64,000 nt of DNA from Alphaproteobacteria bacterium (GTDB lineage: Bacteria > Pseudomonadota > Alphaproteobacteria > Rickettsiales > UBA998). Shown here piece after piece: positions 31,744-42,694 of the stretch; position 1 is the first letter of the stretch, and every line of letters begins with the position of its first letter. The translations under genes and the position numbers were made by a program. The notes below the pieces were generated by a model, which was not told the DNA's origin, did no database searches, and saw nothing but the letters and a program-made list of their open reading frames with translations. The stretch is from the NCBI GenBank assembly GCA_043765375.1, contig JAYUJH010000006.1:10110-74109 (forward strand), written 5' to 3'.

Positions 31744-32409
31744 ATGAAAAGCCTTGTAATGAAAAATATTAGCCATGCGATTGCAGAAAAAATCAATGCA
31801 AATATTGCTAAACTAAACAATTTACAAGCGCAAATCACCTCGCTGCAATATGAGATGGAACAATTTTTAGCGCAATATTTTGCTAATATATCCAAACATT
31901 TGCCTCAATATTTGTTGAGTAATCATTTGTTGAATAATCCATCAAGTCAATCATGTTCAGTCCGCCCAAGTTCAAAAGATTATGCAATTAATTTTGACCA
32001 ATTATTAAAGCAATTATATCGCACTCTCGCCAAGCATTTTCACCCAGATTATAGCAATAACAATGTTGCATTTATTGGAGAAAAACCTCGCCAGCAAAAC
32101 AATGCCAATATGCAACATCTGAATGCGGCCTATGCGCAAAAGCAATTAGGCAGCTTGTTGTTGATTGGTGCGGAGCTTGATTTGCGTGACAACATAACAA
32201 CTCACAGCCTTGATGATTTGCTACATTATCATCAATTATTGCAAACAACAATCATTCAAGCCGAGCAGGAATTGGCGCAAATCCAACAATCTGATGTGTT
32301 GAAGTTAAAGCGAAATATCTTGCTTGCACGCTTGCATGGATATGATATGATGACGGCGATTGCGGTGACGATGAAATATAAATATCAGCAAAAAGAATAT
32401 ATTGGGTGA
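31744..32409 (+). CDS. Coiled-coil protein with J-domain-like HPD segment
   Basis: LKQLYRTLAKHFHPD...MQHLNAAY flanked by coiled coils. Confidence 0.65.
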   Translation: MKSLVMKNISHAIAEKINANIAKLNNLQAQITSLQYEMEQFLAQYFANISKHLPQYLLSNHLLNNPSSQSCSVRPSSKDYAINFDQLLKQLYRTLAKHFHPDYSNNNVAFIGEKPRQQNNANMQHLNAAYAQKQLGSLLLIGAELDLRDNITTHSLDDLLHYHQLLQTTIIQAEQELAQIQQSDVLKLKRNILLARLHGYDMMTAIAVTMKYKYQQKEYIG

Positions 32410-32422
32410 AATGTGAGGCAAA

Positions 32423-33418
32423 GTGAGTGGATTTGAGAACTTAAAACAACGGATAAAATCAGCTTTTAGTGCAACAAAAAGGCTACCCGCCCCACAATAT
32501 AACGGCTTTGAACATCATAATTTGCTTGGGATTGAGCAGCTTAATGTTGCGGATATTCAAGCAGTGCTGGATTGCGCTGAACAATATCTCCATATCAACA
32601 AAGGCGAAGATAAAAAACACCCAATTCTCAAAGGGCGAACCTTGATTAATCTGTTTTTTGAGAACTCCACCCGCACCCGCACCTCATTTGAGATTGCTGG
32701 CAAACGTCTCGGTATGGACGTGATTAATATTTCATCTGCGGTTTCTTCTGCCTCCAAGGGAGAATCATTGCTGGACACAGTCAAAACTCTAAATGCCATG
32801 TCAAGCGATGTAATCGTGATGCGTCACCCTGATAGCGGTGCATTGGATTTGCTGCAACCACACGTTAATGCGCATTTGGTGAATGGGGGGGACGGTTCGC
32901 ATGAACACCCAACTCAAGCATTGCTTGATGCACTCACCATACGCCATCATAAAAAGCGGTTTGATGGGTTGATTGTGGCAATATGTGGTGATGTGTTGCA
33001 TAGTAGGGTTGCTCGCTCTAACATTATTTTGCTCAAGCGAATGGGGGCGAATGTGCGCCTCGTTGCACCATCAACTTTAATGCCAGCTGCACCAAAATCA
33101 TTCGGAGTGGAATTGCATAATAATATGGAAGATGGGTTGCAAGGAGCTGATGTGGTGGTGATGCTGCGCCTTCAACATGAACGTATGAATGGTCGTTTTA
33201 TTCCATCGGGTCGGGAATATGCGGAACGCTTTGGCTTGACTAAACAACGTTTGCAACTTGCCAAACATGATGCGTTGGTGCTGCACCCCGGCCCCATCAA
33301 CCGTGGAATAGAAATTATGAGTGATGTGGCTGATGATTTGGCACATAGTGGTATTTTGGAGCAGGTGGAAGCGGGCGTTGCCGTGCGCCAAGCGGTGCTA
33401 CAATTATTGATTGGATAA
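32423..33418 (+). CDS. pyrB: Aspartate carbamoyltransferase
   Basis: [37 protein letters not shown]. Confidence 0.97.
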   Translation: MSGFENLKQRIKSAFSATKRLPAPQYNGFEHHNLLGIEQLNVADIQAVLDCAEQYLHINKGEDKKHPILKGRTLINLFFENSTRTRTSFEIAGKRLGMDVINISSAVSSASKGESLLDTVKTLNAMSSDVIVMRHPDSGALDLLQPHVNAHLVNGGDGSHEHPTQALLDALTIRHHKKRFDGLIVAICGDVLHSRVARSNIILLKRMGANVRLVAPSTLMPAAPKSFGVELHNNMEDGLQGADVVVMLRLQHERMNGRFIPSGREYAERFGLTKQRLQLAKHDALVLHPGPINRGIEIMSDVADDLAHSGILEQVEAGVAVRQAVLQLLIG

Positions 33419-33469
33419 GATTTATCACTTGTAAATAATAATATTTGGGTATATTAATATTGTCATTAT

Positions 33470-33546
33470 GGGCGGTTAGCTCAGTTGGTTAGAGCGCGTC
33501 GTTGACATCGACGAGGTCGGAGGTTCGAGTCCTCTATCGCCCACCA
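33470..33546 (+). tRNA. tRNA-Val(GAC)
   Basis: GGGCGGT acceptor, anticodon arm CGTCG-TTGACAT-CGACG, GGTTCGAGTCC, 3' CCA. Confidence 0.97.
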
Positions 33547-33581
33547 TATTAGGATTTAATTAGAAGTTAATTAGTTGCTAG

Positions 33582-33635
33582 TTTGTAATATTTGACTTTT
33601 GCAATATTAAACTTTGTAATATTTGACTTTTGCAA
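33582..33635. repeat. 23-bp direct repeat, period 31
   Basis: TTTGTAATATTTGACTTTTGCAA at 33582 and 33613. Confidence 0.8.
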
Positions 33636-33766
33636 CATTTGTGACAAAAATAATTGATGCAATAATCAAAAAATCATGTTAAATTAATATTTAGGATATA
33701 TTTTTTTGTCCCGCATAACACACATTAAATAAAACCACATTAATTTGAGAGCTAAAATATTTTTTT

Positions 33767-34378
33767 ATGGTCAAAGACTTCCTAAGCGATATTAACTTCA
33801 ACCATAACTTTAATGATTGTCACGATGGCTATTATGAAGGGCAAATGTTGATTGCAACGCCTTATGTGCGGGGTGAAGTTTTCTCTGGTGCGGTGATTTA
33901 TATATTTTCGCATAATGCGGGCGGAGCTACGGGGATTATTGTTAATAAACCACTGGAAATGGTGCATTACGCTTCATTATTTCAACAATTATCCATTGAT
34001 ATTAGCAAACATACCGAAGATTTAAGCATTCACCATGGTGGGCCTGCGGAAGAAAACCGAGGATTTGTGCTGCATAGTGCTGAATATGAACTTGAAGATA
34101 CATTATGCAATGATTGTGGAATTAGCGTCACGGCTAGCATCAAAATATTGCGTGATATTGCGGCGAATAAAGGCCCTGAAAAATCATTACTAGCAATTGG
34201 TTATGCTGGTTGGTCAGCGGGGCAGTTGGAAGCAGAAATTGAAGCAAATCTATGGCTCACTGTTCCCGCAACGCCTGAAATTATTTTTAACTCGGCTAAT
34301 AATACCAAATATAATATGGCAGAAAAATTGCTCGGAATTGATATGTTTCGGGTTGCACCAATGGCGGGACACGCTTAA
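33767..34378 (+). CDS. YqgE/AlgH family protein
   Basis: GQMLIATP, GGP...RGFVLHS, GYAGWSAGQLEAEI, GHA C-terminus. Confidence 0.93.
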   Translation: MVKDFLSDINFNHNFNDCHDGYYEGQMLIATPYVRGEVFSGAVIYIFSHNAGGATGIIVNKPLEMVHYASLFQQLSIDISKHTEDLSIHHGGPAEENRGFVLHSAEYELEDTLCNDCGISVTASIKILRDIAANKGPEKSLLAIGYAGWSAGQLEAEIEANLWLTVPATPEIIFNSANNTKYNMAEKLLGIDMFRVAPMAGHA

Positions 34379-34409
34379 AAAAACCTGTATTCACAGATTC
34401 TGTAAAATA

Positions 34410-35315
34410 TTAGTTAGTTATCATCGTTCCTGCGCCATGGTCAGTGAAAGTTTCCAACAGCAAAACATGCGCTATTTTGCCATTTAGAATATGGGCGGAA
34501 GCAGTATTTTGTTGCACCGCATTAATGCAAGTCTCTATTTTTGGAATCATTCCACCGCTAATAACCCCTCGTTTGATTAAATCAAGGGATTCCTCAATAT
34601 TAATCTCGCTTATCATCTCACCATCGGAATCTAGCACTCCATCAACATCTGTCAAAATCATTAATTTGCGTGCGCCAAGTGCAGAGGCGATTGCACCCGC
34701 TGCCGTATCCGCATTAATATTATAAGTCTCACCATTTGCACCAACTCCAATTGGGGCGATAACGGGAATCATACCCGCATTTGTGATGCCTTTTAGCACA
34801 TCTGCATTGATTTTTGTCGGCTCTCCAACAAAACCTAAATCTAACACCCGTTCAATATTGGAATCAGGATCACGAATAGTGCGGGTTAATTTTTGCGCCT
34901 CAATCAGCTTGCCATCTTTGCCTGAAATACCCACAGCAACTGCGCCCGCTTGGTTAATTGAAGTTACTATTTCCTTATTTATTGTTCCAGCCAACACCAT
35001 TTCAACAATTTCAACTGCAGCTTTGTCGGTGATGCGCAAACCATCAACAAACTCGCTATGTATTTTGAGGCGTTCCAACATTTTGCCAATCTGCGGCCCT
35101 CCGCCATGCACCACGACTGGCTTGATGCCAACAGTTTTCAACAATACAATGTCACGGGCGAAAGTTTCAAACAAACTTGCATCACCCATTGCATGACCAC
35201 CATATTTAATTACAAATACCTCACCCGCAAATCGCTGCATATAGGGCAATGCCTCAGTTATAGTGTAGGCTGCTCGCAAAAATGATTTAGTATTTATGGG
35301 TGAATTTTTCTTCAT
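34410..35315 (-). CDS. argB: Acetylglutamate kinase
   Basis: VIKYGGHAM, VHGGGPQI, YNINADT, LTDVDG, GGMIPK; start moved to MKKNSP. Confidence 0.97.
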   Translation of the reverse strand: MKKNSPINTKSFLRAAYTITEALPYMQRFAGEVFVIKYGGHAMGDASLFETFARDIVLLKTVGIKPVVVHGGGPQIGKMLERLKIHSEFVDGLRITDKAAVEIVEMVLAGTINKEIVTSINQAGAVAVGISGKDGKLIEAQKLTRTIRDPDSNIERVLDLGFVGEPTKINADVLKGITNAGMIPVIAPIGVGANGETYNINADTAAGAIASALGARKLMILTDVDGVLDSDGEMISEINIEESLDLIKRGVISGGMIPKIETCINAVQQNTASAHILNGKIAHVLLLETFTDHGAGTMITN

Positions 35316-35383
35316 ATTACATGGTTTTACAATAAATATAAATGCTATGCAACAAAATATGAATATTACATGTTGGTGGGTGG

Positions 35384-35704
35384 TTACGCAAAAAATGCTT
35401 TCACCACCAGCGCAATGATACCCGCACTCATCACGCCCATCATCCATTTCAGCACCGCAATTTCAGCTTTAATGTTTGAGAAATCATCTTTGATTTTAGA
35501 GAACTCGTCTTTAATCCGCATCTCTAATGATTGAATATCATGCTTTAATTCTGATTTGAACAACATTAATTCCTGTTTAGTGGCAACACTATCCTTAAAC
35601 GCATCGTCCAGAGCATTGTCGTGCGCCCTTGCTTGAGCCTCTGATACGCCAGAGTTTTTTAATGTTTCAACGTGGTTTAATCTATCAAAGTTTATTGCAA
35701 CCAT
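35384..35704 (-). CDS. CCDC90/DUF1640 family protein
   Basis: FD.L..VETLKNSGVSEAQARA, VATKQEL neck motif, coiled coil, KWMMG + TM. Confidence 0.8.
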   Translation of the reverse strand: MVAINFDRLNHVETLKNSGVSEAQARAHDNALDDAFKDSVATKQELMLFKSELKHDIQSLEMRIKDEFSKIKDDFSNIKAEIAVLKWMMGVMSAGIIALVVKAFFA

Positions 35705-35823
35705 AATATACACAATAACATTTGCGCATAATAATCACAAGTGAAAAATCAGGAAAAAAAACATGATTGCGCAAGGCACAAAAATTGGTTATATATCATA
35801 ATATTAATATCTCAAGGAATGTC

Positions 35824-36852
35824 ATGCCAGCCCTAAGAATGCTAAAATCTCAAACGTCATTTCAATTTATGCGTCATAGCAAAATAGCATTACTCGGCTC
35901 ATTATTAATGAGTGCATTGACGATTGCGCTGGTTATGACCAAAGGGTTAAACCTTGGAATTGATTTTGCGGGTGGAATTATTTTGGAGGTAAAAACCGTT
36001 CAAGTTCAAGATTTGGGAGCAATGCGCAAAACATTAAACCTGCCCGAATATGGCTCAATTAGCTTGCAATATTTTGGTGACGAACATGAGGTTTTAATTC
36101 GTGCATCAGGTGATGGTGTGCTGCCACAAGCAAAAGTTGCAGAAGCAATCAAACAACAATTATCAACCAATATTGGCGTTGAAAATATTGATTTTCGTCG
36201 CATAGATTATGTTGGTGCAACAATTGGTGGAGAAATGCTAATTGATGGTTTAATTGCATTAGGGATTGCATTCGTTGCAATGTTATTTTATATATGGTTG
36301 CGTTTTGAATGGCAATTTGGCATTGGTGGGTTGCTTGCTTTGCTGCATGATGTAATTTTAACCATTGGTTTTTATTCGCTAACAGGTTTTGAGTTTGGCT
36401 TAACGGCGATTGCATCATTACTAACTGTGATTGGCTATTCCATCAATGATTCCGTGGTAATTTTTGACCGTATTCGTGATATTATGCGAAAAACTAACTA
36501 TAAAACTTTAAGCGAGGTGATTGATTTAAGTCTCAATCAAACGCTTTCACGCACATTGCTCACGGGGGTGACAACATTGCTTGCCGCTGGCGCACTTGGT
36601 GCTTTAGGTGGTGAAGCGATTAGTTCATTTGCATATTCTCTATGTTTTGGCGTGCTAATTGGGACTTATTCCTCAATATATATTAGTGCGCCATCGCTAA
36701 TATATTTCAATTTATCGCTTAAAGCATTTGATAAAACGGAAGAATTGCATGAAAACACACAATTCTTGCGTAATAAATATATGAGTGAAAATAACTCAAG
36801 CTCAAAGCCTCCAAGTTCAAAAACGCCAAGCCCAACGCCCCTAAAGCCATAA
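35824..36852 (+). CDS. secF: Protein translocase subunit SecF
   Basis: LNLGIDFAGG, RFEW, HDV, GYSINDSVVIFDRIR, GTYSSIYI. Confidence 0.96.
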   Translation: MPALRMLKSQTSFQFMRHSKIALLGSLLMSALTIALVMTKGLNLGIDFAGGIILEVKTVQVQDLGAMRKTLNLPEYGSISLQYFGDEHEVLIRASGDGVLPQAKVAEAIKQQLSTNIGVENIDFRRIDYVGATIGGEMLIDGLIALGIAFVAMLFYIWLRFEWQFGIGGLLALLHDVILTIGFYSLTGFEFGLTAIASLLTVIGYSINDSVVIFDRIRDIMRKTNYKTLSEVIDLSLNQTLSRTLLTGVTTLLAAGALGALGGEAISSFAYSLCFGVLIGTYSSIYISAPSLIYFNLSLKAFDKTEELHENTQFLRNKYMSENNSSSKPPSSKTPSPTPLKP

Positions 36853-36858
36853 GTTAAT

Positions 36859-37923
36859 ATGCGAATGAAAATAAATCAAAAAGCGCAATCACTAAAAATA
36901 TGGGCATTAACTGATTATCGTGCAGGAACAACCAACCAAGTGCTGGGAGTTGCCGAAAATATTGCCCGTGAAGATGAACATTTTGAAGTGATTGAAAAAA
37001 AATTGCTCTATAATCGTTTAGGGAAGCTGCCAAACGGTTTGCAACAATTTGTTGGCTTGGCCTCGCTCCACAAAGTCAGTGCGGCTCATTTGAGTGCGCC
37101 ATATCCTGATATCGTAATTTCAGCGGGTAGGCGGGCAGCTGTAATTGCTCGCTATATTCAAGAGCGCAACAAAGCGGTGAAGTTAGTTCATATAATGTCA
37201 CCCGAATTGCCGTTTAAGTTTTTTGATATGATAATCATGCCCCAACATGATTTTCCACCAAATGCCAAAAATATTGTTACCACCCTTGGTGCGCCGCATC
37301 GCCTTAATAATGATATTTTAAGCCAAGCAGCAAACCAAAATCCACTCGGACATTTTTCCCTACCCAAACCATGGACGATGCTTTGCCTTGGTGGCAATAC
37401 ATCTTTTGGTAGATTTATGTTAAATGATAATCTGGCTTTAGCTGAACAATTAGCACCACTTGCATCTGAGGGTGGCAGCTTGTTGATAACCTCCAGCAGG
37501 AGAACGCCAGCGGCGATCATGCAAATGGCAATAGAATCAATTCAAACTAAATATCCTAACATTACCATAAAATCATATTCACCAGATGGTTCAAGTGATT
37601 ATAATCCTTATCATTCATGGGTTGCGCAAGCGGAGCGTTTTGTCATCACTGCGGACTCCGTTTCTATGATTTCAGAAGCCGCATTCACCACCAAACCAAT
37701 TTACATTTTTACCCCAAATGAATCGGCAGGCAAAAAACATTTGCATTTTGTGCAAGCGATGATTGCGGCGGGACATGTTAAACATTTGCGCGATTATGAT
37801 GCAAATTGGCAGCGTTTGGTCAATTTGAATGAGGCAAAACGCTTGAGCTATAAAATACGAGAATTATTTGACAATCAAGGGGGGTTGGGAGTTCAATATC
37901 AACTTGAAAAGGGGAGCGTATGA
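36859..37923 (+). CDS. ELM1/DUF1022 family (glycosyltransferase-like) protein
   Basis: W.LTD.R.G..NQ..G.AE, PDIVISAGRR, MPQHD, SSRRTP, TADSVSMISEA. Confidence 0.85.
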   Translation: MRMKINQKAQSLKIWALTDYRAGTTNQVLGVAENIAREDEHFEVIEKKLLYNRLGKLPNGLQQFVGLASLHKVSAAHLSAPYPDIVISAGRRAAVIARYIQERNKAVKLVHIMSPELPFKFFDMIIMPQHDFPPNAKNIVTTLGAPHRLNNDILSQAANQNPLGHFSLPKPWTMLCLGGNTSFGRFMLNDNLALAEQLAPLASEGGSLLITSSRRTPAAIMQMAIESIQTKYPNITIKSYSPDGSSDYNPYHSWVAQAERFVITADSVSMISEAAFTTKPIYIFTPNESAGKKHLHFVQAMIAAGHVKHLRDYDANWQRLVNLNEAKRLSYKIRELFDNQGGLGVQYQLEKGSV

Positions 37924-38672
37924 GCGACATAGTAAAAATTAATATTCAACAATTGCATAAAAGTTTTGGCAAAAAACAAGTGCTATGCGGGGTGGATTTG
38001 CAGGTGAAAACTGGGCAATCATTAGTGGTGATTGGCGGGTCTGGCAGTGGAAAATCTGTGTTGCTAAAATCTATACTTGGTTTAGTGCGCCCTGATTCTG
38101 GCAACATAACCATTGATGGTTCGCCACTCAACCATCGCACTAGCGAGGCTAATATGCGCCGTTTTGGTATGTTATTTCAAGGGGGTGCGTTATTTGATAG
38201 CTTCACTGTGTGGGAAAATATCACCTTCGCTTTAGCAAGACGGGATAAATTAAGCAAGGCGCAAGCGCAAGAAATAGCAGTGGAAAAATTGCGTCAAGTG
38301 GGGCTTGCATCAGAAGTGGCAATGCAAAAACCGTCCGAACTATCAGGTGGAATGCAAAAACGAGTCGCATTAGCACGGGCAATTTGTGGCAACCCCGAAA
38401 TTATTTTCTTTGATGAACCAACAACAGGGCTAGACCCAATCATGGCGGAAATTATCAATGAATTAATCGTGAGATGTTGCAAAGAAATAGGCGCAACCGC
38501 AATCACCATAACCCATGATATGCACAGCGCAAGAGCTATCGCTGATGAAATTGCGATGATTTATCAAGGCAAAATCATATGGCGTGGCGCAGCTGAGGAA
38601 GTTATGGATAGCGGCAATGACTATGTTGAGCAATTTGTGAATGGCAGATGCGAAGGGCCTATTCGCTATTGA
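37920..38672 (+). CDS. mlaF: MlaF/Ttg2A-like ABC ATP-binding protein
   Basis: GGSGSGKS, LFQGGALFDS, LSGGMQKRVALARA, DEPTTGLDP, ITHD. Confidence 0.88.
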   Translation: MSDIVKINIQQLHKSFGKKQVLCGVDLQVKTGQSLVVIGGSGSGKSVLLKSILGLVRPDSGNITIDGSPLNHRTSEANMRRFGMLFQGGALFDSFTVWENITFALARRDKLSKAQAQEIAVEKLRQVGLASEVAMQKPSELSGGMQKRVALARAICGNPEIIFFDEPTTGLDPIMAEIINELIVRCCKEIGATAITITHDMHSARAIADEIAMIYQGKIIWRGAAEEVMDSGNDYVEQFVNGRCEGPIRY

Positions 38673-38825
38673 TATGAGTAATATTCGTCTTTATGAAACG
38701 ATGTTAAGTTAATAACGAAAAACCACAGTCCGTAAAATCGCATTCCATGAAATAGACAAGCAAAAAATTAACATAATTTGCAATTTTCTATATTAATCAA
38801 ACGCATTAGCGAATTATTTCAAAAA

Positions 38826-38899
38826 TGGCTGGGGTACCAGGATTCGAACCTAGGATGTCGGTATCAAAAACCGATGCCTTACCGCTTGGCTATACCCCA
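38826..38899 (-). tRNA. tRNA-Gln(TTG)
   Basis: Reverse complement TGGGGTA...TCGGT-TTTTGAT-ACCGA...GGTTCGAATCC...TACCCCAGCCA. Confidence 0.96.
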
Positions 38900-39074
38900 A
38901 CAATTTATATAGTATTTAACTGATTTTTTTAGCAATTTCAACATTAATCATGCAATTGCATAATTTTTTTTCAAATGGCGTTATTTTCCATTTTTCCTTA
39001 CTAAATTAAAGCGGAATTAATGATTTGTGGCAGTTTTTAATTTTATAAACGCAAAAACGCGTAAACGAAAATAG

Positions 39075-39150
39075 AAAGCCCTATAATATTCTCAAAGCCC
39101 CATAACATTCTTAAAGCACTATAATATTCTTAAAGCACTATAATATTCTT
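39075..39150. repeat. 19-bp tandem repeat x4
   Basis: AAAGC(A/C)C(T/C)ATAA(T/C)ATTCT(T/C), four adjacent units abutting the phaC stop. Confidence 0.9.
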
Positions 39151-41077
39151 ATTTTGCCTTAACGTAAGAACCAGGGGCTGGCTCTATTGCAGGATATTTA
39201 TCTGAACCAATTTTTGGTTTAACAGTTTTTTGGGATTTAGTTTTTATCTCTTCCATTTTCGTTGCATCAATATTCACCAATGGCTTTGATTGCGATTTCA
39301 ACCACTCGCTCCAATGACCCCACCATGAACCTTTATGCTCAGTTGCACTTTTCAACCATGCTTGCGCATCTTTATCTTTGGGCGAGCTACCGACATAATA
39401 ATTATATTTATTTTTTTCTGGTGGGTTAATAACGCCCGCAATGTGACCCGAACCAGAAAGCACAAACTCAATTTCTCCGCCATAAATCTTGGTTGAAACA
39501 TAAGTTGATTGCCACGGAGCGATGTGATCTTCCTTAGCTGACAAAATAAATGATGGTGTTTTAATATTGCGCAAATCAAGTGGAACACCGCATAATTGCA
39601 CCGCATTTGGTTGAGCTAGCTTGTTCTTTTGATACATATTGCGCAAATAATAGCTGTGCATGGCGGCTGGCATTCTGGTGCAATCTTCATTCCAATAAAG
39701 CAAATCAAACGGGAACGGCTCAATTCCTAGTAAATAATTATTCACAACAAACGACCATATCATACTATTGGAGCGCAACATACTAAAAGTGGCCGACATT
39801 TCTGTGCCTTCAAGAAAACCTTTTTTCTCCATTTTAGCTTCAATCGCTTGAATCTGCTCCTCATCTATGAACACGCCCAACTCCCCCGGTTCAGAGAAAT
39901 CTATCATCGTAGTGAGGTAAGTCGCACTAGCGATTTTATCTTGCTCACCTTGTGCGTACAAATAACCAAGAGTTGAGGCGAGCAATGTTCCGCCCAAACA
40001 ATAACCCACGCAATGCACATTTTTGCTTTGAGTTACCTCCAGCACCACATTTAATGCAGCGAGCAACCCTTCTTGCATGTAATTCTCAAAACTTTTGTCA
40101 CGATGCGATGCGTCTGGATTGACCCATGAAATCACGAATATATTATATCCCTGCCCCAATAACCACGCAATCATTGAGTTTTTCTGCTGCATATCAAAAA
40201 TATAAAACTTATTTATCCATGCAGGAGTTAGCAAAATTGGAGTTGCAAAACAGCTTTCCACAGTTGGCGCATATTGAATTAATTGCATCAAATCATTTTG
40301 ATAAATAACCGACCCAACACTTGTTGCCAAATTACCACCGACGCTAAATGCTTTATTATCCGTGGTGCTAATCGCCAATTTTCCTCCACCTCGCTTGAAA
40401 TCTTCACGCAAAAGTTGCAATCCACGCAAAATAGTTTCGCCATTACTCTCCAAAGCTGCTTGCATCACATCTGGGTTGGTTATCATATAATTGCTGGGAG
40501 ATACCGCATCTAGCCATTGCTTGGTATAGAAATTGAGTTTTTCTTGATCATGCTCGCCTAAATCACCATCTATTTTAGTCACGGCATTTTGCGCCCAACT
40601 TGCCGTCATCAGATATTGCTTTTTGATATAATCAAAAAATATGTTATTTTGCCAAGCGGCTGAGGAGAATCTCTTATCCTCTATTTGGCTTTTATCTTCT
40701 ATTTGGCTTTTATCATCAGCTTGATTATTCTCGCTAGATTGAGTCAAATCTGATTGTGACGCATTCAACATATTATTTAGCGTTTGCTGCCATAAATTAG
40801 TCGCATCATTTATCCATTCATAACCAAGCTGCATCACTTTGGTTGGATCTCGCATAATTTTGCTAACTAAACTAACGTAATCACCTGCGATATTCCAGTT
40901 TTTTGGTTCAATATCATGCAATTTTGCAAGCCCTTCTTCTTGCGCAATAATCTTCAAAATATCTTGCCAAATATTCACCGCCTCGTTCATATTATAAGCG
41001 AACATTAACGGGTTAAATTGCGTTTTTTTCACGGGCGCGGGCGAAGGAGTAACAGAAATTGGTGGAATATTATTCAT
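39149..41077 (-). CDS. phaC: Class I polyhydroxyalkanoate synthase
   Basis: WINKFYIFD, GYCLGG lipase box, DLLYWN, DHIAPW, SGHIAGVINPP, GSWW. Confidence 0.96.
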   Translation of the reverse strand: MNNIPPISVTPSPAPVKKTQFNPLMFAYNMNEAVNIWQDILKIIAQEEGLAKLHDIEPKNWNIAGDYVSLVSKIMRDPTKVMQLGYEWINDATNLWQQTLNNMLNASQSDLTQSSENNQADDKSQIEDKSQIEDKRFSSAAWQNNIFFDYIKKQYLMTASWAQNAVTKIDGDLGEHDQEKLNFYTKQWLDAVSPSNYMITNPDVMQAALESNGETILRGLQLLREDFKRGGGKLAISTTDNKAFSVGGNLATSVGSVIYQNDLMQLIQYAPTVESCFATPILLTPAWINKFYIFDMQQKNSMIAWLLGQGYNIFVISWVNPDASHRDKSFENYMQEGLLAALNVVLEVTQSKNVHCVGYCLGGTLLASTLGYLYAQGEQDKIASATYLTTMIDFSEPGELGVFIDEEQIQAIEAKMEKKGFLEGTEMSATFSMLRSNSMIWSFVVNNYLLGIEPFPFDLLYWNEDCTRMPAAMHSYYLRNMYQKNKLAQPNAVQLCGVPLDLRNIKTPSFILSAKEDHIAPWQSTYVSTKIYGGEIEFVLSGSGHIAGVINPPEKNKYNYYVGSSPKDKDAQAWLKSATEHKGSWWGHWSEWLKSQSKPLVNIDATKMEEIKTKSQKTVKPKIGSDKYPAIEPAPGSYVKAK

Positions 41078-41187
41078 GATTATATGTTACTCATATTTTA
41101 GGGTAGATTATTTAGGGTATATTAAATTGGCAATTATTAGGTTATGCCGTGTTTTCTCTATTACATCAGTTAAATCACAACACAACC

Positions 41188-42504
41188 CTACATTGGCAAT
41201 TGTGGTGACCAAGCTGGATCAGAAGCATCAGTTGGCGTAACCACTCGGCGCAAATTATTTCCAGTCACATCAATGGAATAAAGTTGTGACCTAGCACCTC
41301 CACCATCTTGTCGGGCAAACATAATCACTCTGCCATTTGGAGCCCAAGTTGGACCTTCAGCAAGCCAACCCTCGGTTATTGAGCGTTCACCACTACCATC
41401 TGGGCGCATCACCCCAATATAAAATCTGCCACCGCTTTGCTTGGTGAAAGCGATTAAATCTCCCCTTGGTGACCATACTGGTGTGCTATATCGCCCTTGT
41501 CCGAAGCTAATTCGTTGCGCCCCGCTACCACCAGCACTCATTACATAAATATGTTGCGAACCACCTCTATCCGAGTTGAAAACAATCTTACCACCGTCGG
41601 GAGAATATGAAGGCGAGGTATCAATCGCTGAGGAATTAGTTAAGCGGCGCAATTGTCTGCTGCGTAAATCCATATCATAAATATTCGTTATACCAGCCCG
41701 AGCGATTGACATTACCATGCGGTTACCGTCATGATTGAATCTTGGTGCAAATGACATGCCCTCAAACCTACCGAGCGATTCTTCACGTCCTGTTTGCAAA
41801 TCCCGCAAATATACCTTTGGCACTCCCCCCGCATATGACATATATAATATCTCTTGCGTATTGGGTGAAAAACGGGGGGTTAGCACCAAATGCTGCCCAC
41901 CTGTTAAATATTTATGATTTTCACTATCTTGATCCATAATCGCCAAGCGTTTAATACGATTTTTAGCTGAACCAGTTTCTGAAACATAAACTATTCTTGT
42001 ATCAAAATAGCCATCTTCACCTGTGATACGCTTGTAAATCTCGTCCGCAACCAAATGCGCAATCCTGCGCCAGTTGCTTAAGTTTGCATCAAATTGTTTG
42101 CCTGTCATTTGCGTTTCGGAGAAATTATCAAACAAGCGAAATTGCACACGCATTTTGCCTGCACCAGCTGCATCTAACTTGCCGACCACCAAGCCTGATG
42201 CGTTGATTTGTCGCCAATCAGCATAACGTGGGATATTAGTATTATAGCCAATTTGTTCAATATATGCACCTTGTTCAATGATGCGAAACAAGCCTGAACG
42301 CTCCAAATCAGCGGCGATTACGGCAGACATTTTCCGCCCAGTATCGTTCAATTCCCCACTTGATGCACCAAAGTTTGGCACAGCAATTGGCAATGGGTCA
42401 AAATGCCCCTTGGTTATATCAATTTCTAATTTTGCTTGCGCGCTAACCATGTTTGCTGCAACCAGCATTAACACTAACAAATATTTCTTAAAGCCCATAG
42501 CCAT
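41188..42504 (-). CDS. tolB: Tol-Pal beta-propeller protein TolB
   Basis: PIAVP, ITGEDGYFDTRI, IMDQD, repeated P.(W/F)SPDG blades. Confidence 0.96.
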   Translation of the reverse strand: MAMGFKKYLLVLMLVAANMVSAQAKLEIDITKGHFDPLPIAVPNFGASSGELNDTGRKMSAVIAADLERSGLFRIIEQGAYIEQIGYNTNIPRYADWRQINASGLVVGKLDAAGAGKMRVQFRLFDNFSETQMTGKQFDANLSNWRRIAHLVADEIYKRITGEDGYFDTRIVYVSETGSAKNRIKRLAIMDQDSENHKYLTGGQHLVLTPRFSPNTQEILYMSYAGGVPKVYLRDLQTGREESLGRFEGMSFAPRFNHDGNRMVMSIARAGITNIYDMDLRSRQLRRLTNSSAIDTSPSYSPDGGKIVFNSDRGGSQHIYVMSAGGSGAQRISFGQGRYSTPVWSPRGDLIAFTKQSGGRFYIGVMRPDGSGERSITEGWLAEGPTWAPNGRVIMFARQDGGGARSQLYSIDVTGNNLRRVVTPTDASDPAWSPQLPM

Positions 42505-42694
42505 GCAACAACTCCACGCAAAACATATTTAACAATGCGATGTATCACAAATTAATGCAACAACGCAAGTGGATTTTGCAATTATCAAATTATTATCAAT
42601 GATAATATAGATAAGAAAAACCATAATAAAATAACGTCAATATAACTATAATTTTAACTTGTTTGTAACTATAAAACGTTATAACAATGAGAAT

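Noticed and set aside
33470-33766. tRNA-anchored genomic island at tRNA-Val or tRNA-Gln
   Set aside because: No integrase and no duplicated tRNA 3' end noticed; flanks are housekeeping genes
33767-34378. AlgH as part of the alginate-like module
   Set aside because: YqgE/AlgH is widespread and not a biosynthetic component; it lies 12 kb away
35316-35447. N-terminal extension of ArgB in the ORF track
   Set aside because: Overlaps the DUF1640 gene; the ATG at 35315 gives a normal-length ArgB
39075-39150. CRISPR array
   Set aside because: Adjacent 19-bp units without spacers; no cas genes
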